Below, piece after piece: positions 20,976-33,427 of a stretch of 33,996 nt of DNA (its first letter is position 1; each line of letters starts with the position of its first letter). Position numbers and translations under genes: made by a program. This stretch comes from Octopus bimaculoides. Taxonomy: Eukaryota. Under the pieces are notes generated by a model. The model did no database searches. It had not been told where the DNA came from and saw only the letters and a list, made by a program, of their open reading frames with translations. The stretch lies in the NCBI RefSeq assembly GCF_001194135.2, contig NC_068984.1:14446463-14480458 (forward strand), given 5' to 3'.

Positions 20976-21719
20976 GTTTTACCGTTTTACTGGTTTCAGT
21001 CATTTAAACTGCGGCCAAACTACGACACTAACTTGAAGAGTTCAATCGAACAAACCGACTCCAGGATTTCTGTCACCTTTGCCGAAACCGCTAATTCACA
21101 AGGACGTAAACGAACGAACGAGAGTTGTCAAGTGGTGCGATGCNNNNNNNNNNNNNNNNNNNNNNNNNNNNNNNNNNNNNNNNNNNNNNNNNNNNNNNNN
21201 NNNNNNNNNNNNNNNNNNNNNNNNNNNNNNNNNNNNNNNNNNNNNNNNNNNNNNNNNNNNNNNNNNNNNNNNNNNNNNNNNNNNNNNNNNNNNNNNNNNN
21301 NNNNNNNNNNNNNNNNNNNNNNNNNNNNNNNNNNNNNNNNNNNNNNNNNNNNNNNNNNNNNNNNNNNNNNNNNNNNNNNNNNNNNNNNNNNNNNNNNNNN
21401 NNNNNNNNNNNNNNNNNNNNNNNNNNNNNNNNNNNNNNNNNNNNNNNNNNNNNNNNNNNNNNNNNNNNNNNNNNNNNNNNNNNNNNNNNNNNNNNNNTGT
21501 CACCTTTGCCGAAACCGCTAATTCACAAGGACGTAAACGAACGAACGAGTTGTCAAGTGGTGCGATGCACAAGCACAAGCACGTCGAACAAATCGACCCC
21601 AGGATTTCTGTCACCTTTGCCGAAACCGCTAATTCACAAGGCCGTAAACGAACGAACGAGAGTTGTCAAGTGGTGCGATGCACAAGCACAAGCACGTCGA
21701 GCAAATCGACCCCAGGACC
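20976..21719 (-). repeat. SINE-B-derived ~111-113-bp tandem array inside a SINE B copy
   Basis: TGTCACCTTTGCCGAAACCGCTAA recurs at 21498 and 21609 (period 111) and before the gap. The unit matches SINE B internal sequence (CGAGCAAATCGACCCCAGGA...CCGAACCGCTAA...GGACGTAAAC...GTTGTCAAG). Gap at 21144-21497. Confidence 0.85.
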
Positions 21720-22236
21720 TGAGTCAATTTGTTCTCCGCTGCAGTCTAATAAGTGAAATAGGTAAAATATAGAAGATATGCGCATGCTTTCCTTATATTT
21801 TCTCTTAACCGTTCATGTCATGTTACCTGCATTGAAGCGCTCGAGAAGGTCATAAGTACAGACCCTTCTTCCAAACCAAATCCTAAAATAAAACGAGGAT
21901 CTGATTTGGAGGACGGGGCTGAATATAGAATACACAATACTAATTACACAACAGAAATAGTCTGCGTACGACGACATTAAACAACTTACATCAGCTCCAT
22001 GCACACAGTAGATATTAAACCCAGCATCAAACGCCTAAACTATAAGCAGAGTTCTTTACTAAAAGCATGGTTTTGGTCCTTTGTCAATTACCAGAAAAGT
22101 AATAAGGCAACAAAAGGAACGAAAATCCCTAAGGCCTGGCAATATAACATTCGCATAAAACACTTAAGGCCTGAAGGGTTGAAATTCGCTTATTTACATG
22201 TATAAGTACCTATATCAAGTTTACATAATTTACATT

Positions 22237-22312
22237 TGACGTGGTGGTTAAGAGCGCGGGCTACTAACCCCAAGATTCCGAGTTCAATTTCCAGGCAGTG
22301 ACCTGAATAATA

Positions 22313-22347
<35 letters not shown>
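22237..22347 (+). mobile_element. tRNA-Arg(ACG)-derived head followed directly by (AAT)n
   Basis: CTACTAACCCCAAGATTCCGAGTTCAATTTCCAGGCAG aligns to animal tRNA-Arg(ACG) CTACGGATCAGAAGATTCCAGGTTCGACTCCTGGCTG. The anticodon stem is broken, so it is not a functional tRNA. Confidence 0.7.
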
Positions 22348-22348
<1 letters not shown>

Positions 22349-23390
22349 TTCAGGGACCTTTTGAGCGGGATGGGCTACTTGACCTGAAGAAAATTCTAAC
22401 TGGGCCCCACCTGCGAGGTCATGCGCTGTTTATCTTGATATGAGATCACCATGTCGCGTGCATNNNNNNNNNNNNNNNNNNNNNNNNNNNNNNNNNNNNN
22501 NNNNNNNNNNNNNNNNNNNNNNNNNNNNNNNNNNNNNNNNNNNNNNNNNNNNNNNNNNNNNNNNNNNNNNNNNNNNNNNNNNNNNNNNNNNNNNNNNNNN
22601 NNNNNNNNNNNNNNNNNNNNNNNNNNNNNNNNNNNNNNNNNNNNNNNNNNNNNNNNNNNNNNNNNNNNNNNNNNNNNNNNNNNNNNNNNNNNNNNNNNNN
22701 NNNNNNNNNNNNNNNNNNNNNNNNNNNNNNNNNNNNNNNNNNNNNNNNNNNNNNNNNNNNNNNNNNNNNNNNNNNNNNNNNNNNNNNNNNNNNNNNNNNN
22801 NNNNNNNNNNNNNNNNNNNNNNNNNNNNNNNNNNNNNNNNNNNNNNNNNNNNNNNNNNNNNNNNNNNNNNNNNNNNNNNNNNNNNNNNNNNNNNNNNNNN
22901 NNNNNNNNNNNNNNNNNNNNNNNNNNNNNNNNNNNNNNNNNNNNNNNNNNNNNNNNNNNNNNNNNNNNNNNNNNNNNNNNNNNNNNNNNNNNNNNNNNNN
23001 NNNNNNNNNNNNNNNNNNNNNNNNNNNNNNNNNNNNNNNNNNNNNNNNNNNNNNNNNNNNNNNNNNNNNNNNNNNNNNNNNNNNNNNNNNNNNNNNNNNN
23101 NNNNNNNNNNNNNNNNNNNNNNNNNNNNNNNNNNNNNNNNNNNNNNNNNNNNNNNNNNNNNNNNNNNNNNNNNNNNNNNNNNNNNNNNNNNNNNNNNNNN
23201 NNNNNNNNNNNNNNNNNNNNNNNNNNNNNNNNNNNNNNNNNNNNNNNNNNNNNNNNNNNNNNNNNNNNNNNNNNNNNNNNNNNNNNNNNNNNNNNNNNNN
23301 NNNNNNNNNNNNNNNNNNNNNNNNNNNNNNNNNNNNNNNNNNNNNNNNNNNNNNNNNNNNNNNNNNNNNNNNNNNNNNNNNNNNNNNNNN

Positions 23391-23762
23391 NATCACATAG
23401 TTCCGGTTTCAGTCCTACTGCGTGGCAACTTGGGCAAGTGTCTTCTACTATTGACTCGGACCGACCAAAGCCTTGTGAGTGGATTTGGTAGACGGAAACT
23501 GAAAGAAGCCCGTCGTATATATATATATGTATATATGTGTGTGCGTGTGTGTTTGTGTGTCTGTGTTTGTCCCCCCAACATCTCTTGACAACCGATGCTG
23601 GTGTGTTTACGTCCCCGTAACTTAGCGGTTCAGCAAAAGAAACCGATAGAATAAGTACTAGGCTTACAAAGAATAAGTCCTGGGGTCGATTTACTCGACT
23701 AAAGGCGGTGCTCCAGCATGGTCGCAGTCAAATGACTGAAACAAGTAAAACAGTAAAAGAGT
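23391..23762 (+). mobile_element. SINE group B, near full length (5' end lost in gap)
   Basis: TTGGGCAAGTGTCTTCTAC domain, central TA/TG microsatellite, Nin-like CGATAGAATAAGTACTAG...CTGGGGTCGAT, and 3' CGGTGCTCCAGCATGG-CAGTCAAATGACTG-AAACAAGTAAAA tail. Confidence 0.92.
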
Positions 23763-24639
23763 ATATAAATATTGGTTTCAAGCGTACAGAAAAGGCATAC
23801 AAGATATATTTGTTAAAGTGCCACATTATAAGGGAACCTAAAGTGCTACATTATAAAGCAACCCTTTCAGAAACCCTTTCACTGTCGACTATTTTCATTC
23901 ATATGCATTATTCCTCGGAAAAATTTTGTCAGAGGTGTTTAGAGCAGTGATTAACCTTATATTTCAGAAACAGATCTGCCCACCCCATTGCCATAAGATA
24001 TGACAGCGAATGCGACTTATGAGCTCAGTTCATGCATTTTGTTTCTTATTGGTTTCTAGCTCCAACTCAACTTCTTCCATAAATGCTTCAGAATTGCAAG
24101 AAAGAGAGAAACGAGGAAAATAAAAATAGCATTGTATTAAAAGCGAATCAGAAGATGCGATCTTCAATATCTAAAAAGTGACATCTGGTGATAAAAAGAT
24201 TATAATTAATGGGAAAGGAAGGAGTTACGGATAATGAATATCTACTGGAATTTAAACTGATATCGTGATGTTGTAATAAACTCCATGACAACCTGGCATA
24301 TCCTGCTGCACTGTGGTCGTCAACAACATATAATATGAAATAGCTATCTATGTATCATATTCAATGTATGCACACTGTCGATAGGCTAGTTAATTAGTTT
24401 TTATCCTGCTATAACATAACATATGGACATCCTGCGTTAAAAAAAACTATAAATATCAGTGGGAGACGAAACTTCGTTCCGACTGCGGCCAGCGAGTGCA
24501 CCAGAACCATATTTTTTTAAAACCTTTTCAACAGCGAGTATTCTTAGCTAACCATATGAGCACTCAACGTCTCTGATATTGCTAAAAGTGATCAGTTAAC
24601 GATTTATTCAGTTATCCCTGTGTAAGAAACTTTCAATTT

Positions 24640-25400
24640 TTGAACGAGCGTATGGCTAGCTGTGGGCATTCACCATTGAAAACCCAAAAGTCCAAAATGG
24701 ATCTAGCGTTCTCAATGGCCAGTATTACATTGAGCGGCTGGTATCTGGTGTATTGTCAAGTGCTTATTGCTGTCTACCATTCAAACAAGACAGCTGTTGG
24801 AATTTCCACATTTGCAAAATATAGGGAACTAGCGGTGAGTTAGACTGGTGAGGTTCTCGGGGAAGCTAAAGAAATTAGCGAGGGCGAACTGGTTGGTCTG
24901 TTAGAAAGGACTTTCAGTTCTGAGATTATTGGGGAAACATTCTAGTAACTTTGACCTGGCAGTGCTACTGAGAGGGGCAACAGGTTCGAGCTAAACCCTA
25001 CAGGCAAATCAGTCTGAGACGCGCACAGAGAGACGAAACTAGACTGCGCGCACTCACGTCGGGCAGTGTCCAAATAGTGAAGACTTGCAAAGTTAAGCCA
25101 AATAGCCGTAGTTTCGTGTGAGATGAATCTGAGTACCAGTCAAGTCCTTCGTGAAGATCACCCGATAGCCACTACCATCATCATCCTTTAACAAGACTGT
25201 GCAGGCAATGTTTCTTTCTCTAATGGCTTTGGTTAAAGAAGTTGTGTTGTGCACGAGGCTGAAAGGATCGAGCTCGCTCTTATCGCCTTTTTTCAAGTGT
25301 CAGTTGTGAAGGAAAGTAACGGTGAATGAAGAGAGAAATACTCCTCTCCAGTGAATTTCTCAAAAGGGGGATGACTGGAGCGAAAATGGTTAAGAGGAGA
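24640..25400 (+). mobile_element. Decayed Tx1/L1-clade LINE ORF2 C-terminal region
   Basis: Across frames: WYLVYCQVLIA, STFAKYREL, EVLGE...LVGLLERTF, TWQCY*EGQQVRAKPYR, RRAQRDETRLRAL (zinc-knuckle remnant), MFLSLMALVKEVVLCTRLKG, FFKCQL*RKV. WYLVYCQVLIA matches HLEYCQILTA at 30558. Confidence 0.7.
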
Positions 25401-25849
25401 GTATTGCAGTTCGCTTGAAGCATTGTGTATTGTTTGTAAATAATAAAAAGTTTTGAATGGTACAACAATGCACTATAATACAAAAAATGGACTATATACC
25501 TGTTGTAATTTAGTTATCCATAGTCCGTTGATATTTCGGAATACTATTACTTCNNNNNNNNNNTCGCTGCTATAATATGTTTTCCAACAATGGAAGTACT
25601 GTGAGCATGCGCATGTAGATTGGAAAACAAGACTTGGATGAAGGCTCGCGGGTTCCTTGTTAGGTCTTTGTTGAAGGTCTTCGTTTAGGTCAGGAGGACA
25701 GCATCTTCCATGAACTGACGTATTTAGTATATTATTTATACTTTTTATCTGTTTTCTTTTTCCCCTTTAACGTTTTTATGTAAACCTAAAAATTGTAACC
25801 TGACCTTGCAATGTCCACCACATTGGACGCCCTGTGGCTAATAAAAGGA

Positions 25850-25897
25850 ATTATCAGCGTCATTTCTCCATCATCCTCATCATCATCATCATCATCG

Positions 25898-25960
<63 letters not shown>
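25850..25960. repeat. (CAT)n microsatellite
   Basis: Read directly from the sequence. Confidence 0.95.
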
Positions 25961-25961
<1 letters not shown>

Positions 25962-26749
25962 TCTTTACTGTTATTATTATCATTATTATAATACATTAGT
26001 TTTATTGGTATTATACTTGGTTTCTGTCCAAGTTAGACGCATTACTTTGAGTTCTATTAGACGAAGACAATTTGTTGCTTGTTTGCTGTTTTGAGAATTT
26101 TCGTTAAATATATTTTTGTTGCTTCTCTTGTTAGCAACCCCTTGGGGCTAAATTTTTAGAGAACATTTCTTAGAAAATGTTTCAAACATAAACACAGCGA
26201 CAATATTGAAGTGGAAAAAAGGAAGGGATTTAAAAAGTGAGAAGGATTCTGTTACCGAAAAACTCCCTGCGCTGCTTTCACAAAGAATGCTTCCCCACCA
26301 CCACCACCACCACTATCTCCCGCCCTATGTCATAACAACCACCACAACAACAATCTCCACTCTTCTTACAGTTATTATTAAGGAGAAAAGAGATATTTAC
26401 AGCATTAAGAAAAATAACAACTGCAGCAACCTGCAGAAGCGCTTCAAGAACAACAACAGCAAGATTAACTTTGGTATTGTGCCCAGCAGCAATGATGAAA
26501 GTAAGAACGATGGTGTGAGGAAGAATAACAAGAACAGGGAGAGTTGTGGGAAGAGGAGAGAAACAGTAGTAACGGCAGCCTCAGCTAAAACAACGGAGTT
26601 AGCAACACGTTTACCATTTCCAACATCAACAGTACGAGAGGCGAATATAACTATGTCAGCTACCATCAATACTTGCGGTATCGGTTTTACTGACGCAACT
26701 AGCGTAAACAGCTTCCGAACAGCGAATATCTATGCCGTCCTGGATTATA

Positions 26750-27450
26750 CACGACCCCATCGAAAAGAAAGCTTTTAGACGAGAGCACACGGTGTGCATC
26801 GTCGCTACAGACACGCTGGAGCTGTGGAAATATCACGTGAAGTGAAACCAAGGCACTTTATATTCTACCGGGTGCGTCAACTACAAAACTACACCCGTAG
26901 AAAATCCAACACCAATGCAGACTTAGAAAGATCTAAAAGGATTATGTGATACGATTCGGCAAGGGGACATGGTCAGGACATTTATGATAGTTTTGGCTGT
27001 ATATACCAAAGATGTGGGAGGCTGGAGGCTGTCAATGGTAGTAAACGTCCCTGTAGAATGCCCTCTTCTGAAGAATACTTTCTATACGGATTAATGTGCG
27101 ACGAAGACCACATCACTTGACTGTATCACTTCGTACAATCATCGAATCGGTTATCCTAGAAAACGGGTAGATCGGCGACACAAAATCTACCACTTCAAGA
27201 ATTAGTTAGGAATCCGGCTGGAGCTGGAAATAAGACTTCCAACTAAACGCATTTGAACTGTCTCGAACCAGATTCACTTAACAGATGGAAATGAGAATGT
27301 GTGTCGTAGGTAAAATGACTGAGTGCTACATAAGTGTTAGTAAGGGCGGTGCAATCAATTTAATTGTTGCTTATAAACAGATTCGTGCATCTAGAAGCAT
27401 TCTAAGGAAGTTAGTGCTCCTCGGTGCAAGTGAGAGGTTTTACAGTGATA
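26750..27450 (+). mobile_element. Possible older Tx1/L1-like ORF2 post-RT fragment
   Basis: Weak motifs in mixed frames: DESTRCASSLQTRW (compare DESISRITSLTHNW at ~28660), KDVGG, VCRR*ND*VLH. Heavily decayed. Confidence 0.35.
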
Positions 27451-27745
27451 TATTTGAAGTGTGGCGCTAGCTGAGAAGAGATGGAATGTAAAAGCCTGGC
27501 AAACCTGCTCAAACAATTCCAACTATCTGACACTTATTGAATAGATTTCCTGAAAGAGCTAGTGTGAACAAGAAGCAAACGTATAGAACCATATACATTG
27601 TATCTAGACGGAGTAGTTGTTTGATCGGAGACGTAATATTGTATATATAGTGTCCAGCCTGCCGGCTACACACACCTAATGCTTATTGTCTGTACAGTAC
27701 GGTCAAACTAGATAGTTCACAGGGCCTGTGATGAGCAGCACAGAC

Positions 27746-28130
27746 GTTTGTTGGCACTCCGTCGCTTACGACGTCGAAGGTTCCAGTTGATCCGATCAAC
27801 GGAACAGCCTGCTCGTGAAATTAACGTGCAAGTGGCTGAGCACTCCACAGACACGTGTACCCTTAACGTAGTTCTCGGGGATATTCAGCGTGACACAGTG
27901 TGACAAGGCTGACCCCTTGAATTACAGGTACAACAGAAACAGGAAGAAAGAGTGAGAGAAAGTTGTGGTGAAAGAGTACATCAGGGTTCGCCACCACTCC
28001 CCTGCCGGAACCTCGTGGAGCTTTAGGTGTTTTCACTCAATAAACACTCACAACGCCTGGTCTGGAAATCGAAACCGCGATCTTATGACCGCGAGTCCGC
28101 TGCCCTAACCACTGGGCCATTGCGCCTCCA
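27746..28130 (-). mobile_element. Full-length tRNA-derived SINE group C2
   Basis: Minus-strand head TGGAGGCGCAATGGCCCAGTGGTTAGGG...GGTTTCGATTTCC. The 3' half is shared with 8522-8838. Confidence 0.9.
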
Positions 28131-28223
28131 CTCGCACAGACGTTATGCAGCACCAATACTACAAATCTGTGTTTGATTTACCACGACGGGTGTATGCTAC
28201 ATCATTCTAATCATTCCAAGCGG

Positions 28224-28750
28224 ATGCATGCAGCATTCCAGCGGTTCTTTGCTCAACTGTCTGGTGAGAGCAGCGAATCGGAAGACGATAGCAGACTTTT
28301 GTAGCAACGTCGATAGCTTGCTGCAGCTCTCCGAAGATTGTTGCTGTGAATCGGAGATAATAGCAACTGAGGTTCAGTCAGCGGTGAGTCATTGCGTGAG
28401 AGGTAAATAGTCAGGTTTGGATGGACTACCGTGTGAGTTTTTCTCATAAATGTCATCTACAACTAGCAGCAGGGGATGAATCCTAGCTTTGAGAGGTAGG
28501 AATTTGTAGAGTTGCTGATGGAAACCCTGAGTAAATGCGGCGTAATTGATCATTTGCGTTCCATTGTCAGTCATGGAACCTGGAAAACTGGAACCGGTTA
28601 ATCTGAATGAGCTCTGGTAGGCCCGGACCTTCAAGTGAATAAGAGAGGGGACGAGAGTATAAGCAGGATTACTAGTCTCACTCATAATTGGATTGAGTGG
28701 AAGCTATCTTTGAAATGTCGAGCAAAGGTGACAAATGTGTCCTTATGTAC
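28224..28750 (+). mobile_element. Tx1/L1-clade ORF2 fragment, internally deleted (left part of a split element)
   Basis: MHAAFQRFFAQL, CCESEIIATEV..AVSHCVRGK*SGLDGLPCEFF, YN*QQG, then a jump to GPDLQVNKRGDESISRITSLTHNWIEWKLSLKCRAKVTNV. The RT core is missing. Confidence 0.8.
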
Positions 28751-28752
28751 TT

Positions 28753-30045
28753 AAAGCCTTGGGAACAGGTTCGAACTCTGATGTCATATATCTTGACTTC
28801 AATATAGCGTTCGACAGGGCTGACCATGATATCTTACTCTCAAAATTGGCAAATGTTGGAATCTGAGGAAAACTTCTACACTGGATTAAGTATTTCCTGG
28901 CGAATAGAACACAAGAAGTTGTGGTCAATGGAGTCCACTCAAGCCCAGCAAAAGTCACCTGTGGTGTTCCTCGGGAGACTGTCTTGTCTTGGGACCGCTC
29001 CTCTTTATAATTTACATAAATGACCTTTCCAGCGTCGTAAATCACTGCAAAGTGAAAATATTTGCTGATGATACTAAGCTCCATCAAATCGTCAATGAAG
29101 AAGTCCGAATTCAACTCCAGTCTGATCTACATGCTGTGAGTCAATGGGCAAAAAGAAAAAACACAATGCAACTGAACGAGGGAAAATTTGAGCTGATGCA
29201 TTTTGGATGAAAGTTTATACTAAAACAGCCATACACTCTTCCTTCCGGGGAACCGCTCACGACATTTAATAATATCAGAGATCTGAGTGTAATTGTTGAC
29301 AACAATCTTAGTTGGAGTGCCCACATCAACAATAAGGTAAATATAGCTCGTAGGTTGAGCTCCTGGATCTTAAGAACCTTCCGGTCCAGAGAACAAGGTG
29401 TCATCATTCCACTTTTCTCCTCCTTTGTACGGCCACACCTCGAATAATGCTGCCCCTTGTGGTCTCCCCATACAAAACAAAACACCTCGAGGATTGAATC
29501 ACCCCAGAGGGCACTCACTAAACGAATTGAATGCATGACTGATCTCGATTATTGGGACCGACTTAAAGCCTTGAAGCTCTACTTTCTCCAGCGCCGCCGC
29601 AAGCAGTACATCATTTGTACGATGTCGAGAATATAACACCAGCATTGCCCAAACGACCTGAACATTAGTTTCAAGGTTCATCCAAGGCTGGGACCACGGG
29701 CCACACGTTCCCTGCCCAATTCAGGATCACAACATATAGGTACACTGCGACACAATTTCTTTTCCTCAACAGGCGCTGCCCTGTTTAACATTGACCCGAA
29801 AGATATCAAAGAGGAAAAGGATCCCATCACCTTTAAACGGAGTCTGGACAGATTTCTTCAAGGAATACCGGATAAGCCACCCATACCTGGATACAATTCA
29901 CTCAACTAGAACTCACTACTTGAATGGACCATAAACAAACTTGACTTAAACAGGATTTAGATAATGCTATCAGGTGGTGCTATAAAGTTAGACAAGGCCT
30001 GGACCAAACTTTGGTCGAAACATATCTAAGTTTATCTAAGTTTAT
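28753..30045 (+). mobile_element. 5'-truncated CR1/L2-group LINE nested in the Tx1 fragment
   Basis: DVIYLDFNIAFDR, GVPRETVL/GPLLFIIYIND (frameshift from a TCTTG duplication), FADDTK, FVRPHLE*CCPLWSPH, RLKALKLYFLQRRR, LFNIDP, FKRSLDRFL. 3' hairpin GACCAA/TTGGTC and (TATCTAAGTT)2 tail. Confidence 0.93.
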
Positions 30046-30093
30046 ATTACCGCTTAGGTTTAGGATCTAGGGTATTTAAAAGCGGGACATGTC

Positions 30094-30290
30094 TTTTCAT
30101 GCGCCGGGCGAAATGCTAAGCAGTATTTCGTCAGTCTTTACGTTCTGAGTTCAAATTCCATCGAGGTCGACTTTGTCTTCCTTCCTTTCGGGGTCGATAA
30201 ATTAAGCGCCAGTTGCGTACTTGGGTTGATCTAATCGATTGGTCTCCTCCCACAAAATTTTGGACCTTGTGCCTAGAGTAGAAAAGTATA
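30094..30290 (+). mobile_element. SINE group A, 5'-truncated
   Basis: GCGCCGGGCGAAATGC...GTTCTGAGTTCAAATTCC...GGGGTCGATAAATTAAG...GTGCCTAGAGTAGAAAAG. Confidence 0.92.
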
Positions 30291-30294
30291 TAGG

Positions 30295-30790
30295 CTTTGA
30301 TGCTATTGTGCTTCGTCATAGTTTCCGTCTAGCCAAGTTGCACTATCTTTTCTATCGTTTCTTGTACAAATGACGAGTTCCAAATGCCAAGCTGCCCTCT
30401 ACTTTCAATACATCTGAGCAGATGGTTCAGTATGTCTGCTCATCCGTGGATGGTATGCAACATTGGTTGTCTTTTCGTATACACCTTTCCTTTCATCTTG
30501 TCATTTTAACGGAGCTACAGTCTTGATATCGGGCGAAGACCCAGTCTAAGCATCCTACATCTAGAATACTGTCAAATTCTCACAGCCTGCTACAAGTGAG
30601 GTTGTATGGTCGATAAAACTTCCATGGTTGCATTTCATAAATGATTAATGGGATGGAACTGCATCAATATTCTCCAAGAAAGCCTGGGCGCGACAAGAAT
30701 ATTTTCCTTGGTATGTCCCATAAGACATGCAGCCTGGGGAATATACATGGCTTCCAGAACTCTCTGATGCTTGATAGTGCATATGTTATC
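30295..30790 (+). mobile_element. Tx1/L1-clade ORF2 fragment (right part of the split element)
   Basis: LAKLHYLFYRFLYK, VDGMQHW...LVILTELQS*, HLEYCQILTA, ILQESLG, FQNSL. Continues in order from YYRL at 30045-30056. Confidence 0.7.
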
Positions 30791-30939
30791 GCCGAACCCT
30801 TAGGTGACGGGAACGAAAACAAGCCAACACCAGTTGTCAAGGGGTGAACGGACAAATGCATAGACACACACACACACACACACCTCTATATACATGTGTG
30901 TGTGTATGTATGTGTGTAATGGACTCACATCGCTTCGGT

Positions 30940-31230
30940 AATGTAATTTTCCGCAAAACATAGATGCAAAGTGCTCTCAGTTGAACGGAGGTACCGTAGA
31001 CTTGGTTTGCCGAACAACCTGCACCATTTGGTTCGTGCAGAACCAGTTGCACTCTCTTGTCCTTCAAACTTGTATTGGTTCGGTGCAGGAAGTGCCACGA
31101 GCCCCGTAGTTATCAGGATAAAGGACACATGGAATTACCTTTTCTTAGTTGAGGGTCTCATTTGTCTTGGCTCCATTGGGGTGGGGGGCCAGTGCGAGAC
31201 ATTTTTTCCAGAGGCAATTACGTGCTATGC
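30940..31230 (+). mobile_element. Possible further decayed Tx1-like fragment
   Basis: QLNGG, LHHLV and LSWLHWGGGPVRDIFSRG (compare TWQCY*EGQQVRAKPYR in the 24.9-kb copy). Confidence 0.35.
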
Positions 31231-31308
31231 TAGTTAACACTTAGCCTGTACCCTGACATGTGCTATTACTCCAGAACAGAGTAGATTTCGGAACAATAGC
31301 CGCTAAAA

Positions 31309-31568
31309 GTTGGGTCCTCACTCATCATAACCCTGGAACCCCCAAAACCAAGGTCGTACAACTGGGTGTAGTTTAACTTCATATCCAGAACTAAGNNNNN
31401 NNNNNNNNNNNNNNNNNNNNNNNNNNNNNNNNNNNNNNNNNNNNNNNNNNNNNNNNNNNNNNNNNNNTATATATATATATATATATGAATATTTATAAAG
31501 TTAAACTACATCCAGTTGTACGACCCTGGTTTTTGGGGTTCCAGGCTTATCATGAGTGAGGACCCAAC
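31309..31568. repeat. 71-bp inverted repeat flanking a gap and (TA)n
   Basis: 31309-31379 versus the reverse complement of 31498-31568 shows 5 mismatches by eye. No clear TSD. Confidence 0.85.
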
Positions 31569-31579
31569 ATATATATATA

Positions 31580-31742
31580 ACGAGCTTCTATACAGTTTCC
31601 GCCAAACAAATTCACTCACAAGGCCTTAGTTGACTCGGGGCTTATAATAAAAGACACTCGCCAATGGTGCCGCGCAGTAGGACTGAACCCCAAATCACAT
31701 GATTTTGAAGCAAGCTCCTTAATCATATACCCATGCTTACAT
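31580..31742 (-). mobile_element. SINE group B-like 5' part, diverged
   Basis: CAGTTTCCG..AAATTCACTCACAAGGC...GACACT..GGTGCCGCGCAGTAGGACTGAACCC parallels the reverse complement of 23391-23515. Confidence 0.8.
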
Positions 31743-31959
31743 CTCTAGGTAATAAAGAAACTTAAAAAATGGGGACGGCAGCATGAGTAAAACCTTGTTC
31801 CTCTTAATCGGCCGTCCAGTACTCTATCCTCTGCACTATTTACAATCTCTTACTAATAAACAGAATATTATATATCCTCACAGCAACAATGCAACATTAG
31901 ATATCATTAGATAACTACATTAAAGATGGATGGTGATATCGTATAGATGATACTACTGC

Positions 31960-33140
<1,181 letters not shown>

Positions 33141-33427
33141 AGTGACGCTGGTGACGGATGTATCATTTGATATTTCAGCGTTCTGCTTAAAAACTGCTAG
33201 TCACAAGGAAGAGCCGAGTCACTTTATACAACGACAGGACGAAAGGCGACCGTGTGACTGCAGCTGGTCGTTGCAACGAAGCAGTGTCTGGTGCAGTTGC
33301 TTGTTATTTTTGTTACCGGTAAACCGCCATACCACAACCACCAACACCACCACCACAACTACTATTACTACTACTACTACGACTACTGCATACATCCGAC
33401 TGGAGCCAGGGCTGTATATTTTTGTAG

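Noticed and set aside
22237-22305. Functional tRNA gene with anticodon ACT
   Set aside because: The anticodon and acceptor stems do not pair and there is no terminator. Better explained as a tRNA-Arg-derived SINE head.
22380-22425. HDV-like (CCTCGC on the minus strand) or hammerhead (CTGAAGA) ribozyme motif
   Set aside because: P1/P3 of an HDV fold could not be built, and no GAAA follows the CTGAAGA.
21033-23588. ORFs of 160-380 aa
   Set aside because: They consist almost entirely of N runs, plus the SINE-derived tandem unit.
25093-25296. Minus-strand 67-aa ORF as a novel gene
   Set aside because: It is the antisense of the Tx1-like C-terminal region on +.
26206-26778. 190-aa ORF as a host gene
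   Set aside because: It is built largely from degenerate CAC/AAC repeats (poly-H, T, N), starts at TTG, and has no domain or clear splice signals. It cannot be fully excluded without RNA data.
30054-30080. Telomere-like TTAGGTTTAGGATCTAGGG filler
   Set aside because: Only three degenerate units; compatible with chance.
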